This document shows positions 1 to 12,990 of a stretch of DNA of 64,000 nt, in pieces. The translations under genes were made by a program, and so were the position numbers. This DNA is from Lepidodermella squamata (Eukaryota > Animalia > Gastrotricha), in NCBI GenBank assembly GCA_047495785.1, contig JBLDXI010000055.1:1612001-1676000 (forward strand), given 5' to 3'. The notes below the pieces were generated by a model. The model searched no databases. It was not told where the DNA came from and saw nothing but the letters and a program-made list of their open reading frames with translations. Position 1 is the first letter of the stretch, and each line of letters opens with the position of its first letter.

Positions 1-459
1 CTGAACTGAGTGCGCCCAAATTTCTTTATTCTCGCGTTGCTCTGAGTAGAACTAAACAACTCCGTACTACTTTATTGTCATGTTTATGTCGTATAGTGCA
101 TAAAACCAGCCACTCTCCACTTCGGTAAAAAATCAGGAGCTCCCTGAGCGGGCGCGAATCTTGACTATCCAGTTTTATGCCTTTCAAGTTAGATCTTTCA
201 ATGCGGCTAATGTCAAAAATAAACACAAATCCGTTCAAAATCAATGCATTATTTATTTTTATCCCTCATCACATCCTTGTGATTGTAGTTCATCACGAAT
301 TCAGTCCAAAAGATAAGATACATGTATATATAAGCAAAACGAGTTCAATTATCGGCGCCAAGTGATTTATAACTAAAACAAGTTCGGATACTTGACGCCA
401 GTCAGCAAACTTTTACGAACCAAAGAGACCACCGTAGATAGCACATTGCACGAAGCGAA

Positions 460-3400
460 TTACACAGAATCGCCAGAGCGAGAGCGGTTGCTAAGGAAAT
501 TGCTGATGTCAGGGTGATGAACGGGATCGAAGTTGGGATCAGTAGCAAGGCGAGAGCGTAACAGACGAATCACCTCGCCTTCAAATAGGCTACCTAGCTC
601 AGCACTGGTTGATGCTTCCTCTAGCAGGGAAGGCGCGACTGCGGTCGGCACGCCGGCACTTCGCACGGCTTGTCCTAGCAGATCGTTTAAACTGCGATTG
701 ATTTGCCCTTGAACCAGCGGGTCCGTAGCACGCTGTTCCATGGCCATGCGACGACGTTTAGCAGGCAGACCGGAAATGTAGGCATCGCTGAAAGGAGGCT
801 GAACCGCGGTTTCAGAGGTACGCTGTTTGGCGACGTCTTGTTCGACGACCGGAATCCAATCGGCAGGGATAACCGTTCGCCAATTATTTTCGGACTGTAC
901 TTGGCCGTTCGCAGCAGGAACGGCATTTGTCATGAGAACAGCAGTTCGCGCACGATCTTGAGAATCTGGCTGAACCCAAGAGGTGTCACCCGGAGATCGA
1001 TTAGCATTAGAGTTGACGCTTGTGGCTGCAGCGGGCCGAGGAGTAGGCGCAGCTGGTGAAGCCTGCGGCTGTGGTGCCTGAGCCTGGGCAACAGCGGCAC
1101 CACGTCGAACAATGAATCCCTCAATTCTACTGCGGGGAACGCGTTGGGGCGACTCAGTCACCAATCTGTTGGCAAATTCGGACAACGCAGAAACAACGAA
1201 TGTGGACTGCGACTCGGGGCTACCTGGTTCCATGTTCGCAATGGCGCGTTGCACCAACTGCCGCATCGTCGGTCTGGCATTATCCGGGCCGATGGCGGTA
1301 ACAATCAGAACTACTGCCTCGTGAGCGGCGTTGAGAATGGAATCGTAAATGCGACGATAAAGACCCGCATTATTAGCTTCCAATGGCCCAACAGCTGGTT
1401 CAGTGTCCAAGACCAATCTCGTTACTTGAGTCAGCCAATTGCGATCGTGAGCGAGAAGAGAAGCGACCAAATCAATATTGTCCCGAGTCTCGGTACCAGC
1501 AAATACAACTTCGTACATGGAACGTAATTCAGCAACAATTGGTTCGACGAAAGGCGTTATGTCGCTTGGCGAACCGCTGATTGAGAGAATGTGTTGCCTG
1601 AGTGGTCCATGAACACGTGCTAGCGGAGCAATATTGCCCATGATGAGTGTGATAAAATCTGTCATCGGTAGCGCTCTCATCACCACTTCAATCAGATTAT
1701 TGACAGGCGAAGGTGTCATCGGAGGCTGAAAATCGTTAATTGTATTAATTATTCTTTATTCGAAAGTTAATAACTTACCACGTTTCCAAGGCCTTGGATG
1801 AAGTCGTACGCAGTTGTGCGATTCGCAGTGCCGCTAGGATCCGTGAGTAGTTGTCCTAGGCTATTTATGATTTGCCCAAAAGGTTCAGTTGCCGGGACAT
1901 TGTTAGCCATTTGCTGCATTGAAGCCACGAAATCCGGAGGAACGCCCGATCGATTCGCCTGATTAGCTTGCGGTTGACCGCCTGCCTGAACGATGGCCTG
2001 CATTACGAAGTTGGTAATGTCCTGGAACATGTGCATCATGTTAGCCGGATCGATGCCAGGCGGGGCAGCCGGCTGGTTTTGTGGAGGCTGTTGTTGAGCA
2101 GCATTCTGGCTGGACAAGCGAGCCGCCTCGATAACGTGAGGCGCAAGAAAGTGGCGGCTCAAGCACGGCAAGTTTTGATCGATGGGGCGCGGCATGTTTG
2201 GCGGATGAACGTGCGGGCCAGATTGTTGTTGTTGCTGCTGCTGCTGCTGTTGCGGGTTTTGACCCGCCGGTCTCGTATTAGTTATAACGGCTGCTACAGG
2301 CGGGCGAGGGAATAGGCCGAACGGATTGAACAACGGGCCGGGTAGGCGTTGAGCGAATCCCGGTGGCAGCTGAGCGCCTTGATTTGGGTTCGCACCATCA
2401 TGCGCTTGTTGCTGGGCCTGATTCTGTTGTTGAGGGGCACCACCAGTTTGAATCTCGACAACAGGTACAGTGAACACTTGCTGATACACCCCAACGCCCT
2501 GAACCGGGGTTACTGTTGATGACGAAACCGAAAATCGACCCTGATCGGCGGCGTTCGGCTGATTCGCCTGTTGTTGCGGGAAAGGATTGATCACAAGATC
2601 TGACAAGTTGTGCAGCGCATGAGAAGCATGGTGAAGGGCTTCTGGAATGTTTTGCGCCAAACGCGTCACTCTTTGGCGAGTTACTTCGTCGGTCTCGAGG
2701 CTGTTGCGCTGAAGGACAGTTCTATTGAACTCCTCTAGCAACGGCTTCATTCTGTCATTGAATGTCGAAATGCTGGCAATAGCGGCTGATAAACCAACAG
2801 AAGGATCGGGTGGCGGCGCCGATGGCGTTGCGCTCGAAGCCGCCGCTCCTTCACCTGCACTCGGGGAATGTGTTTCTGTGTTATTTTCAATGGCGGTAAC
2901 AACGTTGTTCGCGAGATTCATCATTTTATTGGCGATGCGAATCCTTTCGCTGACTTCATGGGCAACTCGCTCCTGCGGCGTGTTGCCGCTGCCAGCTCCG
3001 GTCGCGCCCGGTGGAGGTAACCGAATGTGAACCTCGAGGCCGGGAGCACCGCCAGGCTGAGAAAACAATAATTGTAATGATATTAATTAGGGATGGCACT
3101 GAAGCTTACCATGCGTCTCGTTTCAACCGAAGCACCTCTCGCTGCAGGTCCAAACTGGTTAACGGCCTGCTGAACAACTTGCTGAATATCGGCTGGCATC
3201 TCAAAGGCACCAGCCATGATAAAATCCGGACGTCCTCTTGGGCCGTGGGTGTCTGGTTGCGGGTTCTGCTGCTCTTCCGAGTTGTGAGCGGGCGGGGTGC
3301 GTTCCACCACGTGCACAGCGCGACCATTCAAATTCATGTCACCCAATTTCGATTCATTGCTAAGTAAGCGGCCTTGAAATATCACTCGTTGGCGAGCAGC

Positions 3401-3628
3401 TGGAATTCCCTGCATGCAACAACACGAAATCAGTTAAATATTCAAGTATGCATTTTGTGCTGTCTCTTACCAATGATTCGGAGATATGCTCCTTGAATTC
3501 GGCTACCGTCATCTGGTGAATGTAAGCGTCAAAGAAAAGTAAAATTCACGTTAATGCAATCCTACCTCGTCCGGGACCGAATATTGTCGAGTCTGGCCAT
3601 CCAAAGTTTTAACAGAAATTTCCAACAT
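460..3628 (-). CDS. BAG6: Large proline-rich protein BAG6/BAT3/Scythe (~982 aa; exons 3628-3566, 3512-3471, 3409-3110, 3056-1779, 1725-460)
   Basis: Spliced N-terminus is a ubiquitin-like domain ([51 protein letters not shown]...VHVVERTPP). It is followed by a P/Q-rich middle and a C-terminal BAG6-type region (IPADWIPVVEQD, PFSDAYISGLPAKRRR, RLATDPNFDPVHHP). All introns are GT-AG and in frame. Confidence 0.93.
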
Positions 3629-3830
3629 TTTAATAATTCTAGGGTATAAAATGAGATTTACAGAGACTTTATTTGATAAATCAATTCAGCTTTCGTAATT
3701 TAATCATACAGGTTATCAAAAAATGAAATATTGTAAAAAACGAAACAAAAATATCACATTATCGCTGATGATTTTTGGCTGTAAGAAACACCAGTTTATT
3801 TTGTGGAATCCCTTAGTCTTGAATAAAGAT

Positions 3831-4697
3831 TCATGAAGTCTCAGATGTTGCATTTAGTGCCCAGGATCGTACATATTCGTCATAATCCAAATTCGAGGAC
3901 CATTTCAGGAGCTCTTCAACTTCAGCTTCCGGATCTTGATTAGATGCAGCTTGGGCCAAGCTGCCATCGGCATTGTAAACTTCAAGATGCCCGATCGAAT
4001 ATCTATCGAATTTACCAGTAGTGAGAAAATTTAGTAATACCGTAATGAAAATTTTCAATTACATTTTTTGAAGCCATTTGATACGCTTCTCTTTCCGACG
4101 GCGCTCCCGCTCTTCACGCCTAACAATTCGATTACTCTCGAAGTTGGGATGTTCGGTTTTTGATGTTCGTTCCATAAGAGCATCACTAACCATTCCGTAG
4201 AAGATTCTATCAGTAACAGGTCTCCAGCCATTGTTTTCTACCCGCCGGTACCACTGGCCTCGATCATTAGTGTGATATTCATTTATTCTATTGTTCACGA
4301 TGATGGCTGGTTTCTTTTTGGCACTGGGATGGGTATAGTCTTTTGGGCTGTTAGCACATAGATCCTCAACGTTGCGGTGGGTGAATATCTTGTAATACAA
4401 TCGCGGGGGGAAAGAATCGCCTCCAAGACGGTAGCGAACGATACATCCAGCAGCACGATCCAACAATTCAACTTCTCGAGGATTAATGGACCTTAGTAGC
4501 TGACGCGGGTCCCCGCTGGCTCGAAAGTTTAGAAGCTCTTTATAATACTGGAATACTTGTCGATCCTTAACAATTGAACACAACATTTCAAAATTATATT
4601 TTTAATTTGCCCTTGAAAAAATTACCACGTGGCGCCTCCAAGTCCGCTGAATTATTCTAGCTGCTTCATCGCGATGGTTGATTTCATTTATGTTCAT
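3831..4697 (-). CDS. MFI: MFI / C11orf65 homolog (IQ-like N-terminus; exons 4697-4626, 4565-4063, 4002-3831)
   Basis: AARIIQRTWRRHV-DRQVFQYYKEL...INPREVELLD...RYRLGGDSFPPRLYYKIFTHR...NSPKDYT, WYRRVENNGWRP and ELLKWSSNLDYDEY match the C11orf65 family as I recall it. Confidence 0.82.
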
Positions 4698-4788
4698 TTT
4701 AATCAATTTTTACCCAGCAGCCTATAAAAAGTAAATAAAATGTCATAGGTATTTATTAGAGCGCTGAGCAAATAGATAATATTAGTCT
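4698..4788 (-). promoter_or_regulatory. HYPK-MFI intergenic spacer: poly(A) signal, U-rich tract and 3' splice acceptor
   Basis: Minus strand: AATAAA at 4757-4752, then TTTTATTTACTTTTTATAG with AG at 4723-4722, 24 nt before the MFI ATG. There is no GT dinucleotide between the HYPK stop and this AG. Confidence 0.6.
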
Positions 4789-5247
4789 CTAGGAGGTCAA
4801 TTCAATGAGTGTAGCAAAGACATCGCCTTTGTGAGCACGCAGTTTCCTTTCTGCAACCTGTCGCGTTATGTCCAGTTCACGAGCCTGTAAAAAAATGTTA
4901 CTTAGTCGATGCTAAGAAGATGAGGTTGGTAGTTAATTACAATTAGCTCAACGTCGTCCTTGTTGATTTTGATCTTCATTGCTTCTTCATCCGCCAAGCG
5001 TTTGTCTTCGCCAATGTTTTTCATCGCCTATAATATTCAAAATAATTTGATCAATCATGTGGATATTGGAAAAACCAGCCCTTACATCAGAAAGAACGTT
5101 TGACTTTATTTCTGCCTCCTCTACAAAGTCGGTAACCTTTTCCAGGTCCCTGGCTCCCGAATTGTGTTGACGTGCTTCAAGTTTGGAAGCTGACTTGGTT
5201 TCATTGTCAGAAATTTCTTCGTCGTTATTATCGTGATTAGATGACAT
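4789..5247 (-). CDS. HYPK: Huntingtin-interacting protein K (3 exons)
   Basis: HNSGARDLEKVTDFVEEAEI...IKINKDDVELI-ARELDITRQVAERKLRAHKGDVFATLIELTS* is the HYPK signature plus a UBA-like C-terminus. Confidence 0.92.
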
Positions 5248-5344
5248 TATTAATTTGAAAACTACCTAAAATCTTGCAAATTTACCAATAAGCAATAAGC
5301 AAAAACAATTATAATAAAATGCTGATAGCAAAATAACAGACGGG

Positions 5345-5795
5345 GTAGTCGTGCCGTCCGTATTATTTGGATCTGAAGGTTGGGCTACGACTAAAGAGGA
5401 CGAAAACAGATTGGACGTATGCCAAATGAAATGGCTAAGTAATATTACAAGTACCTACTAAACTGGTGGACAAAATAAGAAATACTGTCATTAGGGAAAA
5501 GTGCGGTGCCAAAAAATTGTCCACCACATTAGCGAGGAAACAACTGAGATGGTACGGGCACGTAGAAAGAAAACCGACCACAAAATTAACCAAACAAAGT
5601 CGCTATTGGAAACCTTTGGACGATTGGAAAAGACCCCAGGGTCGACCAAAATTACGATACATCGAGTGCACTTGAAAGGCACTTGAAAAAATTTAACATT
5701 GGAACTTTGGATGAAGCCAACGCTATCTCCCAGGATAGAATTACATGGCGAACGACGATAAATAACATTAAGGATGAGTAGCTCGCTACCATTAA
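5345..5795 (+). mobile_element. Degenerate 3' fragment of an RTE-like non-LTR retrotransposon
   Basis: Broken translation VVPSVLFGSEGWATTKEDENRLDVCQMKWL / DKIRNTVIREK...LRWYGHVER...KRPQGRPKLRY / AISQDRITWR is typical of the C-terminus of RTE-clade ORFs. It contains stops and frameshifts. Confidence 0.8.
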
Positions 5796-7191
5796 AACCG
5801 ATATTTCGATTCAACTGAATTCGATTTTAAATATTTTGTGTATATCAAATTGACTTGGATATTGGCCAGACCCTAGAATCGGCAGAAAACGCTGGTTCTC
5901 CTCCCACACTTGTCATTGCGAAGATCGCCCATCTGATCCTAGCATGGCAGGTACACGGGTGTGAAGTTTATTCCGTCGTCTCGTTCTCTTCCTGTATAAA
6001 GTTTGCTGTTTTTCTTTTTCTCAAGACGAGAGGAATAAAGATGATGTAATGTAAAAAAATAACAATAACTATAGACAATAATTAACACACAAGGCACAGC
6101 CTGCGGCGCATTGTGGTACATCGACATACATACTTTGAACTCACAAGAACAACGTGGCGGAAGATCAACGTAGAAGATCGCAAGGACCGTCGATTGCGAA
6201 GCCTTTCGACAGATGGATGCACTTAGCAACCACTCACCATTTTTTATAATAATCTTTAGATTAGGGTGGTTATCAAGCATCAAGTGTCCCATGGTAGTTT
6301 GCGTCACAACATGGTAGATTGTGTTTTGCGATCACATCATTGCACAAGATATGAAGAGATATATCAAGGTTTTGATAAAGGGCATGTCCAATTGCCAGCG
6401 CCCAGCCAAAATAATTTTGCTCTACTTTCTACTACATCTACTTATATTCCCGGGTCGGTGTGTTATGGCATCCCGTCATCGCGAGTGATAGCTTTCGCGT
6501 ATGCTTTGGTACACAACCACGAGTAGAAAAATAAACTAATGATGATTTGTATCTATAGTGTAAAAATGAAAGGACACGTCAGTTGAGTTTGAGATGTGGG
6601 AGTATCCAAATGAACCAAAAAGCTGCAATTTCCTTAGGTGCCACGGGGAAAGAATGACCGGTGGTGTACCTCAAGAAAGATCAACAGGCCCGGAGCTTTG
6701 AGTTTTGAGTACCGCGTAGAGCGGAGTCATCAGTCGTCATTTCGAGCTTATCCTGCGCGATGATGCAGCTGGCCGAAAAAAATCCGGCGTTAATTACAGA
6801 TGTCAAGACCAAAATAAAATACTGAAGTTTTATTTACTAAGTTCCATGTTTATTTAAACTTTGTTTGAAAATTACATTATTCAGATTGGTTTTCACATTT
6901 AAATTACGCATATACTCGGTCGTCAGGGAAGCATCGCCGAGCTTCTGGTCGGTTTGATCGGTTGATACTTCATACTTCATAATGTTTCTTATAGCTGTTA
7001 GCTGTTAGCTTTCTTCTTTCTTGTATCCTACTGTTATGCCAAATATGCCAAACTACACTTTTTGCTTGAAAATCCGCATTTTAGGGCTATTTACCGTATT
7101 TTATCGAATAGTATTCTACTTCAAATAATTAGCCCCTCAAATAATAGCCCTAACATTGACATGAATAAGTATCGGGTCAAATTGTTAAACA

Positions 7192-7533
7192 AACCGATTT
7201 TGCCCGATTTCCGTTTTTTGATTTCTCGGTATCATCGGATAGCCCGTACGATTCTGAGTTTACCCTGTAATTTTTACGAATTATGTCTATTTTGATCAAT
7301 TATATTGAGAAATCGAAGAATGAGGGTTATTTTCAAGCTATGTGAGCTGATTCTTTGGCTGATTTTGCTCGTAGAGGAAGTAATGAATGGCGAATTTAAC
7401 TCATGTTAGCTTTCCGACCAATGTAGGCGAAACCACATTGTGAAAATGACAGGGTATACTCGGAGTTGTACGGGCTATCCGATGATACCGATAAATCAAA
7501 AATATAAAATACGAAAATTGGGCAAAATCGGTT
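7192..7533. mobile_element. Foldback/MITE-like element with ~85-95 nt imperfect inverted arms
   Basis: Left arm AACCGATTTTGCCC...CGGTATCATCGGATAGCCCGTAC...TACCCTGT (7192-~7277) is the reverse complement of ~7440-7533. No clear target-site duplication. Confidence 0.7.
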
Positions 7534-8217
7534 GGCAAAATATACTATCAGCAATAAAACCGTGGTGTCTCGACATCAACATTGACATTCTTGTTGATAA
7601 AATACTCAAGTCTGTCAAATCTGGTGATGATGATCACCTTCCGCGATAAGAATTGTTTTGTCCGAAACTAGGTCACACGATTTACCTGGCCAACCAGGTG
7701 GGCTGGCACAGAGAGAGTGGAGTCAAATTGTCCCTTGGGCCGGCGCGGATCAGCTCATGAGAGAAAATCCGGATAAGTTATTCAATTTTGAGAGAAATAG
7801 AAAAGCGACTATTTATAGATAAGGACATTTTTAATAGATTCCTTTCTAAACTGTACCAAAAGGTAAATAACGGGTTAGAAACTTTCAGAGATTGACGATC
7901 AGAGGATTTCTCAGGCGCTGAACAAATTCAGTAAAAAAAATCTGGGTCAACATTTTTGAGCCCCTCGTAGATGGTTTATTAGGTGTTTTCAATAATAATG
8001 ACCCAAACTGCGGAATCACTTCTGCAGGGAAGTTTTGAGTAGTTCAACCTGTCAAACCTCTGGCAGTTGGCCATATAAACTACGTGATTAAAGATGGCCC
8101 GCCTCGACTAAAAGCCCCTCGAATAATTGCCCAATTTTGTAACTATTTTTCGAGTTCAGAAAATCACAACCCACAACCCTGATTACCTATCTTATCTTTC
8201 ACTAGGCTTGTTAACAA

Positions 8218-9406
8218 ATGGGCACATTTCTCGGTCACTTGCTCCCTGGAGCCTTCTTTGTATTTTTTGGAATTTGGCATATCGTCAATATTTACATTCG
8301 ATACTTCAAATGCAAGCTTACCGGCCGACGCTTCTTCTCAACAGCAACTTTCTCGTGTTTCAATTTTCCTTATCCCATCGAGGGGTTTCTAAAGATTGTG
8401 GCGACCACGATAGGTTCCATTGGCGAAATAGCGACAGGATATGTGTAATTAAAACTCACCCAAATAGCCAATGACAGCTGCAATATATATTTTGCATTTT
8501 CAGGCCTGCGAAGGGTACAGTCATTCCAGGGAATTCGCAGCATGTAATTACTTGTTCAGGCTAAAAAAAACCTAATATAATGGTTCAATTTTACGCAGGT
8601 GACAATGTTTTCTGCCTTCGGTTTGTCGGGAGTCGTGGACTGTCTGCTCTTCTACCGAGTTCTATGGGTCCCACCCAAAGCTGATTATGGTTTGTACCAC
8701 AACCATTTCTCATTCCTTTCTGAATCTTCTTGATTTTAAGCTGTGTCGGCACTGGCGTTTGCGTGTGAGGGCTTGCTCTTCGCCTTTCATCAACACGCGG
8801 CAACAGGTCATGACCCATCAGGCCACGATTTGCTCGAAGTAAGATCAAAATAACGAAAAAAATGGGCGAATCAAATACATATTTTCAGATGACCATTCAT
8901 ACGCTTTTGCTTTATATCATCATCATGAGCGGTGTTGCTGTTCTGGGTGAAGTCGTTTTCCCGCATAGTTTCCTGTTATCGCTATTCCGTGCCACCTTGC
9001 TAGTCATTCAGGGGACCTGGTTTGTTCAAGTTGGCTTCATTTTGTACGCTCCGTTTCATTCCGGCCCGGGGCCTCGATGGGACATGAACTCACACGAAAG
9101 CGCTATGTATTCTGTGATGATGTTTTGGTAAGACTTTATTAAATCACATAGACCTACCTACATGTAGCAATGACCCTTGTTAGCTTCAACATATTTGGCT
9201 GTTTGGCAATCACATGCATTGTTGGATCGATTGTCAAAAGCAACGTTGCGCCTGGTCAACTACTTGCCCGAGCTGCTGAGCGGAAAAACGGCTCTGCAGG
9301 TGGACAAACAGGCAATGGAACTGCCCCTGGTCTGATGAACGTATCTGATGACACGGAATCCGAATGCGAGCTGTTTGTGCCAACGCGAGCGGTTCACCCG
9401 CCATAA
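8218..9406 (+). CDS. TMEM45: Transmembrane protein 45 family (DUF716), 6 exons
   Basis: MGTFLGHLLPGAFFVFFGIWH, NSQHVTMFSAFGLSGVVD, LAFACEGLLFAFH and QGTWFVQVGFILY are TMEM45A/B motifs. Short GT-AG introns join the pieces in frame. Confidence 0.9.
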
Positions 9407-10800
9407 CCAGTAAAAATATCTATCGAGGCGGTTGTTCAGAACAATAATGGCTGATTTCACTGAGATGGGTAAAATGGTGATGCATTCAATGTGTAGGGCA
9501 TTTGTTGACTTTTCATACCGAGTATAATTGTTTTGCCGTCTTCTGTGCGAGTAATTTTGTATTTTTACGCTTTGCTTACATACTACTATGTGCACGCTTT
9601 ATAATCTTCCAGGTCCTCGTGTTTACCTGCAGAAATGTGGCGCTAACTAATCAGATACCTATTTATAGTTCTATATTCAACTGGTACGGGGTGTTTTCAC
9701 GTCGCTACACTTGTGCTGTATTTTTTATATGCGCTTGCTACCAAAAATCAACATCATTTTGTCAAATTAATGCGACTAATACTGTTGTATCTGCCACATT
9801 TTTGAACGTTTTTTCCATTGTTGGCATTGCACGTGTGAAGTGCGCATCGTTGTTGTGCTTTGTAAGTGGAAATGAAAAATTAAACTAGAATGAAATTCTC
9901 AAAATAATCGGTTTCTAGCCGCAAGAAAGAGCAAAGAAATTTGTGATTGCCAGCTCTGACATGAGTCTAAAGACAATGATAAAATAAAATATAAAATGAA
10001 ATAAAAATTGCGGGTGAATATGTGATTGTTTTGCTACTACTAAACGTGACGACTGGAAGGCATGTCAAAGCTCGAAGTTGACATTGTACCGTTCGGAAGC
10101 TAATATTAAGAGCTTTCTGCATATCTTTACTCGATGTTTGTAATATCTAGATCGTAACTGGTTTGCTGGAGATCGCTAAATGGCCCCACTACCCAAGTAG
10201 CTTTTCTCAGTGGTTTTTTGTGAAATGCGAAGGGTTTATGCGATACAGAAGCTCCACAGTGGTAGTTGATAATCAATGATCTTATAATCAATTTCAATTT
10301 TACTTTTAAAAATTTCTTTCTTTGTACGATTCATCTCGAATTAACTCGGAAATGATAAGAAAATAACAACAGTTTCAACAGCAGTATCGCGATAATAGTC
10401 GGCCAAACTTATGCGTGACATGTGAGGTTGGCAGGAGAAAGAACATCGAAGCCGTATGAAAACCAAAGAGAGCACAACGCAGAAATACCTCGCGCCAATA
10501 GAAGACATCTTTTCGAGAATACGAGGCGTTGAGGAATTTTCGGGAATCGTTTAGGAAAATGATGCCAAAAACAGGGAGTTGCCAAGGAGCAGCCATTGCC
10601 GACGAAAATTAGAAGCATACGATGAATAGCAGGAGGAGTTATAATAATAAAAACTGACTAATTGGTATTTTTTACAATAACTCAGAATCATGCTTATTTT
10701 AGTCACCATAGAGCAATAGTGATTGTCACCGTACGCATCATAAATAATCAAAAGGGTAAAGAGCCGCAGAGGCTCGGCAACTCCGGTTTCGCCTTCATCT

Positions 10801-11233
10801 TCATAGAAGGCGCAGGCTGCTCAGATCACTGGTAGGACGGTAAGCTAGAGGGTATTTTCCGTAGTAATTCGGCGAAGGCAAAACAACACCGTTGGCGTCT
10901 ACGTCTTCTTCGGCGATAGGATCACAATTGCTTGAATATTCGTCAGAGTCCGGATCTGATCCGGGGTAATCTCGACGGCGGCGTCTCCTTAGTGTTGTCA
11001 ACGCGGCTGAAAGAAATTAGAAAACGGTTAAATTTATGCATTCTTAATCGGTAGCGATATAACTTACCAGCTTTGCGAATACTGCGCTGATCGAAGCTCT
11101 TTTCGCCCTCGGAATATTGAGGAGGCGACCTGCTGGAACCAGGTACCAGTCGCATCAAGGTTCTGGCAAGCCAAAACATAACAATGCTGTAGGCCAAACA
11201 GACAAAAAACATGACGAGGCCTTTAATTGCCAT
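10801..11233 (-). CDS. Putative small orphan single-pass membrane protein (123 aa; exons 11233-11068, 11006-10801)
   Basis: A strong GTAAGT donor and TTCTTTCAG acceptor (61-nt phase-1 intron) join two ORFs in frame. The product has an N-terminal hydrophobic helix, then RRRRRR and an acidic/Tyr-containing tail. No recognised homolog. Confidence 0.55.
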
Positions 11234-12990
11234 TGCGAGTTATCGAGTTGAGGCGATTTTGAATGTAGAAAACAATTGCAGAGTTGGCGTTATCAAACCA
11301 ATCGGTAGTGCGACATTTAAAAAATGCGGTTCAACTTTGGAAAAGCAAATGCCGTTTGCTATACCATGTTGCAATCAATTTAAGACAATTCTCTAAAAAC
11401 AACAAACGGATTGTAGATAAAAAGTGGGCTTGACGATTGCCTGTTGCGCAAGAATGTTTGTTATTCAGCAAATTCATAGCTTTGAATGACAAAACGTGAA
11501 TTATGAGAAGCAAGAAGCGGTAATTTAAAGGCCTACATAAAGGCTTGCACCACCACAATCACGTGTTGGACTTTGGACTTTGTACCTTGCACTACTAATA
11601 TTGCTTAATGTATATACGGCGGCGGTTTCAATGTAAATTCTGCTTGCCGGCAGAATAATAATATACGTACGCTATACATGAGTATAATACCTACCGATGT
11701 TATATATTGCATGCGGGTTTATATTATTGCTTTGCGATATGAATTATGAGCTGCATTGTATAACGCGCTTACCGCATCAAGTAAAATAGGGTCACTTATA
11801 CAAGTCAACGTTGTTACGCGGCTTTTTGACCCTTTTATCGAGCAATGGCAATAACTGGCTGCAAACGCTAATGAGATATATAATTGTGACACGGAGCATT
11901 TGGGTAAACGCGAAGCGGAATCAGGTATTCGGAACTAGCAAAGAAACGAATAGCGGTAGTATTAAACGTTGCAGGAATAAAAAATAGACTCTAGCCACTT
12001 TTCATTTAGCACGATAGCGTCATGCCCCACTCTCGTCAATGAATATAATGCTGCCTCGTATACCCAGTAGTTGTAAGCGGGCATGTTACGCGAAAATTAA
12101 ATAGAAGGCCAGCTGATCAAAAGGCGTTGCGTAAAAATTGTCACATCGAAAATTTGTCAATTTCAAAATAAACACAACAGCACGTTGTGAGTAAAACCAC
12201 ACGACAGTGACTTAGAAATGGGACATGGAGCATGGAATGTAGCACTGTCAAGCGGTTGCCTTATCTCTGACCACACGAGCATTCAAAACGGCGCATTAAA
12301 AGCGGAAGTTGCGATTGACTGACACGACTGGAGAGCGTAATCTACCACATGGTGGTGACGATTACGGTGTGGATGATATTTATGTTTTCCTGCGACCAGC
12401 GGATTACGCACTATTTACAAAAGGCCGCCGCAATCGCCTGCCATCTCTTATGTCCACCAGCAGCTATTTATAACACGCGGTGGAATTTTCCGGTTTTCGC
12501 TATCACGTATCACTGCCTTTCACCGCCACCATTGTGCTGACGGTAGCGGTAACATTTACGTGGGGTTCCATGTCATTTATTGTCAAATTATTGTCAAATG
12601 ACAAATTCATGAGCGAACTGGAACCTCCGCGCGCTATTGCCAAGCTTAGTTATCATCTCGGGATTACTGCTATCAGAGTGTTTATTCGAAAGTTGGATAA
12701 TATTTCGAAAGTACAACCCACGAATGTTTTCGTAGACGCTTATCGCTTGCGTTAACAGTGTAATTGGACAGCAAAACAACACGTGAACATGCAAAATTAT
12801 GATGTCTCATCGAACTGGTTCAAACTTCCTGATTCACGAGCTCATAAAAAATATTCACGTGAACATAAGTATTATTCATTTACACAAAAAGCCGGTCAGC
12901 AATTTTTTTCTCTTTATTAATTGAGGAAATATCTTTCAAAATACATGCAATGTCATGCCAGTTGAAGTTTTCAGTTGTATAATAATGTTG

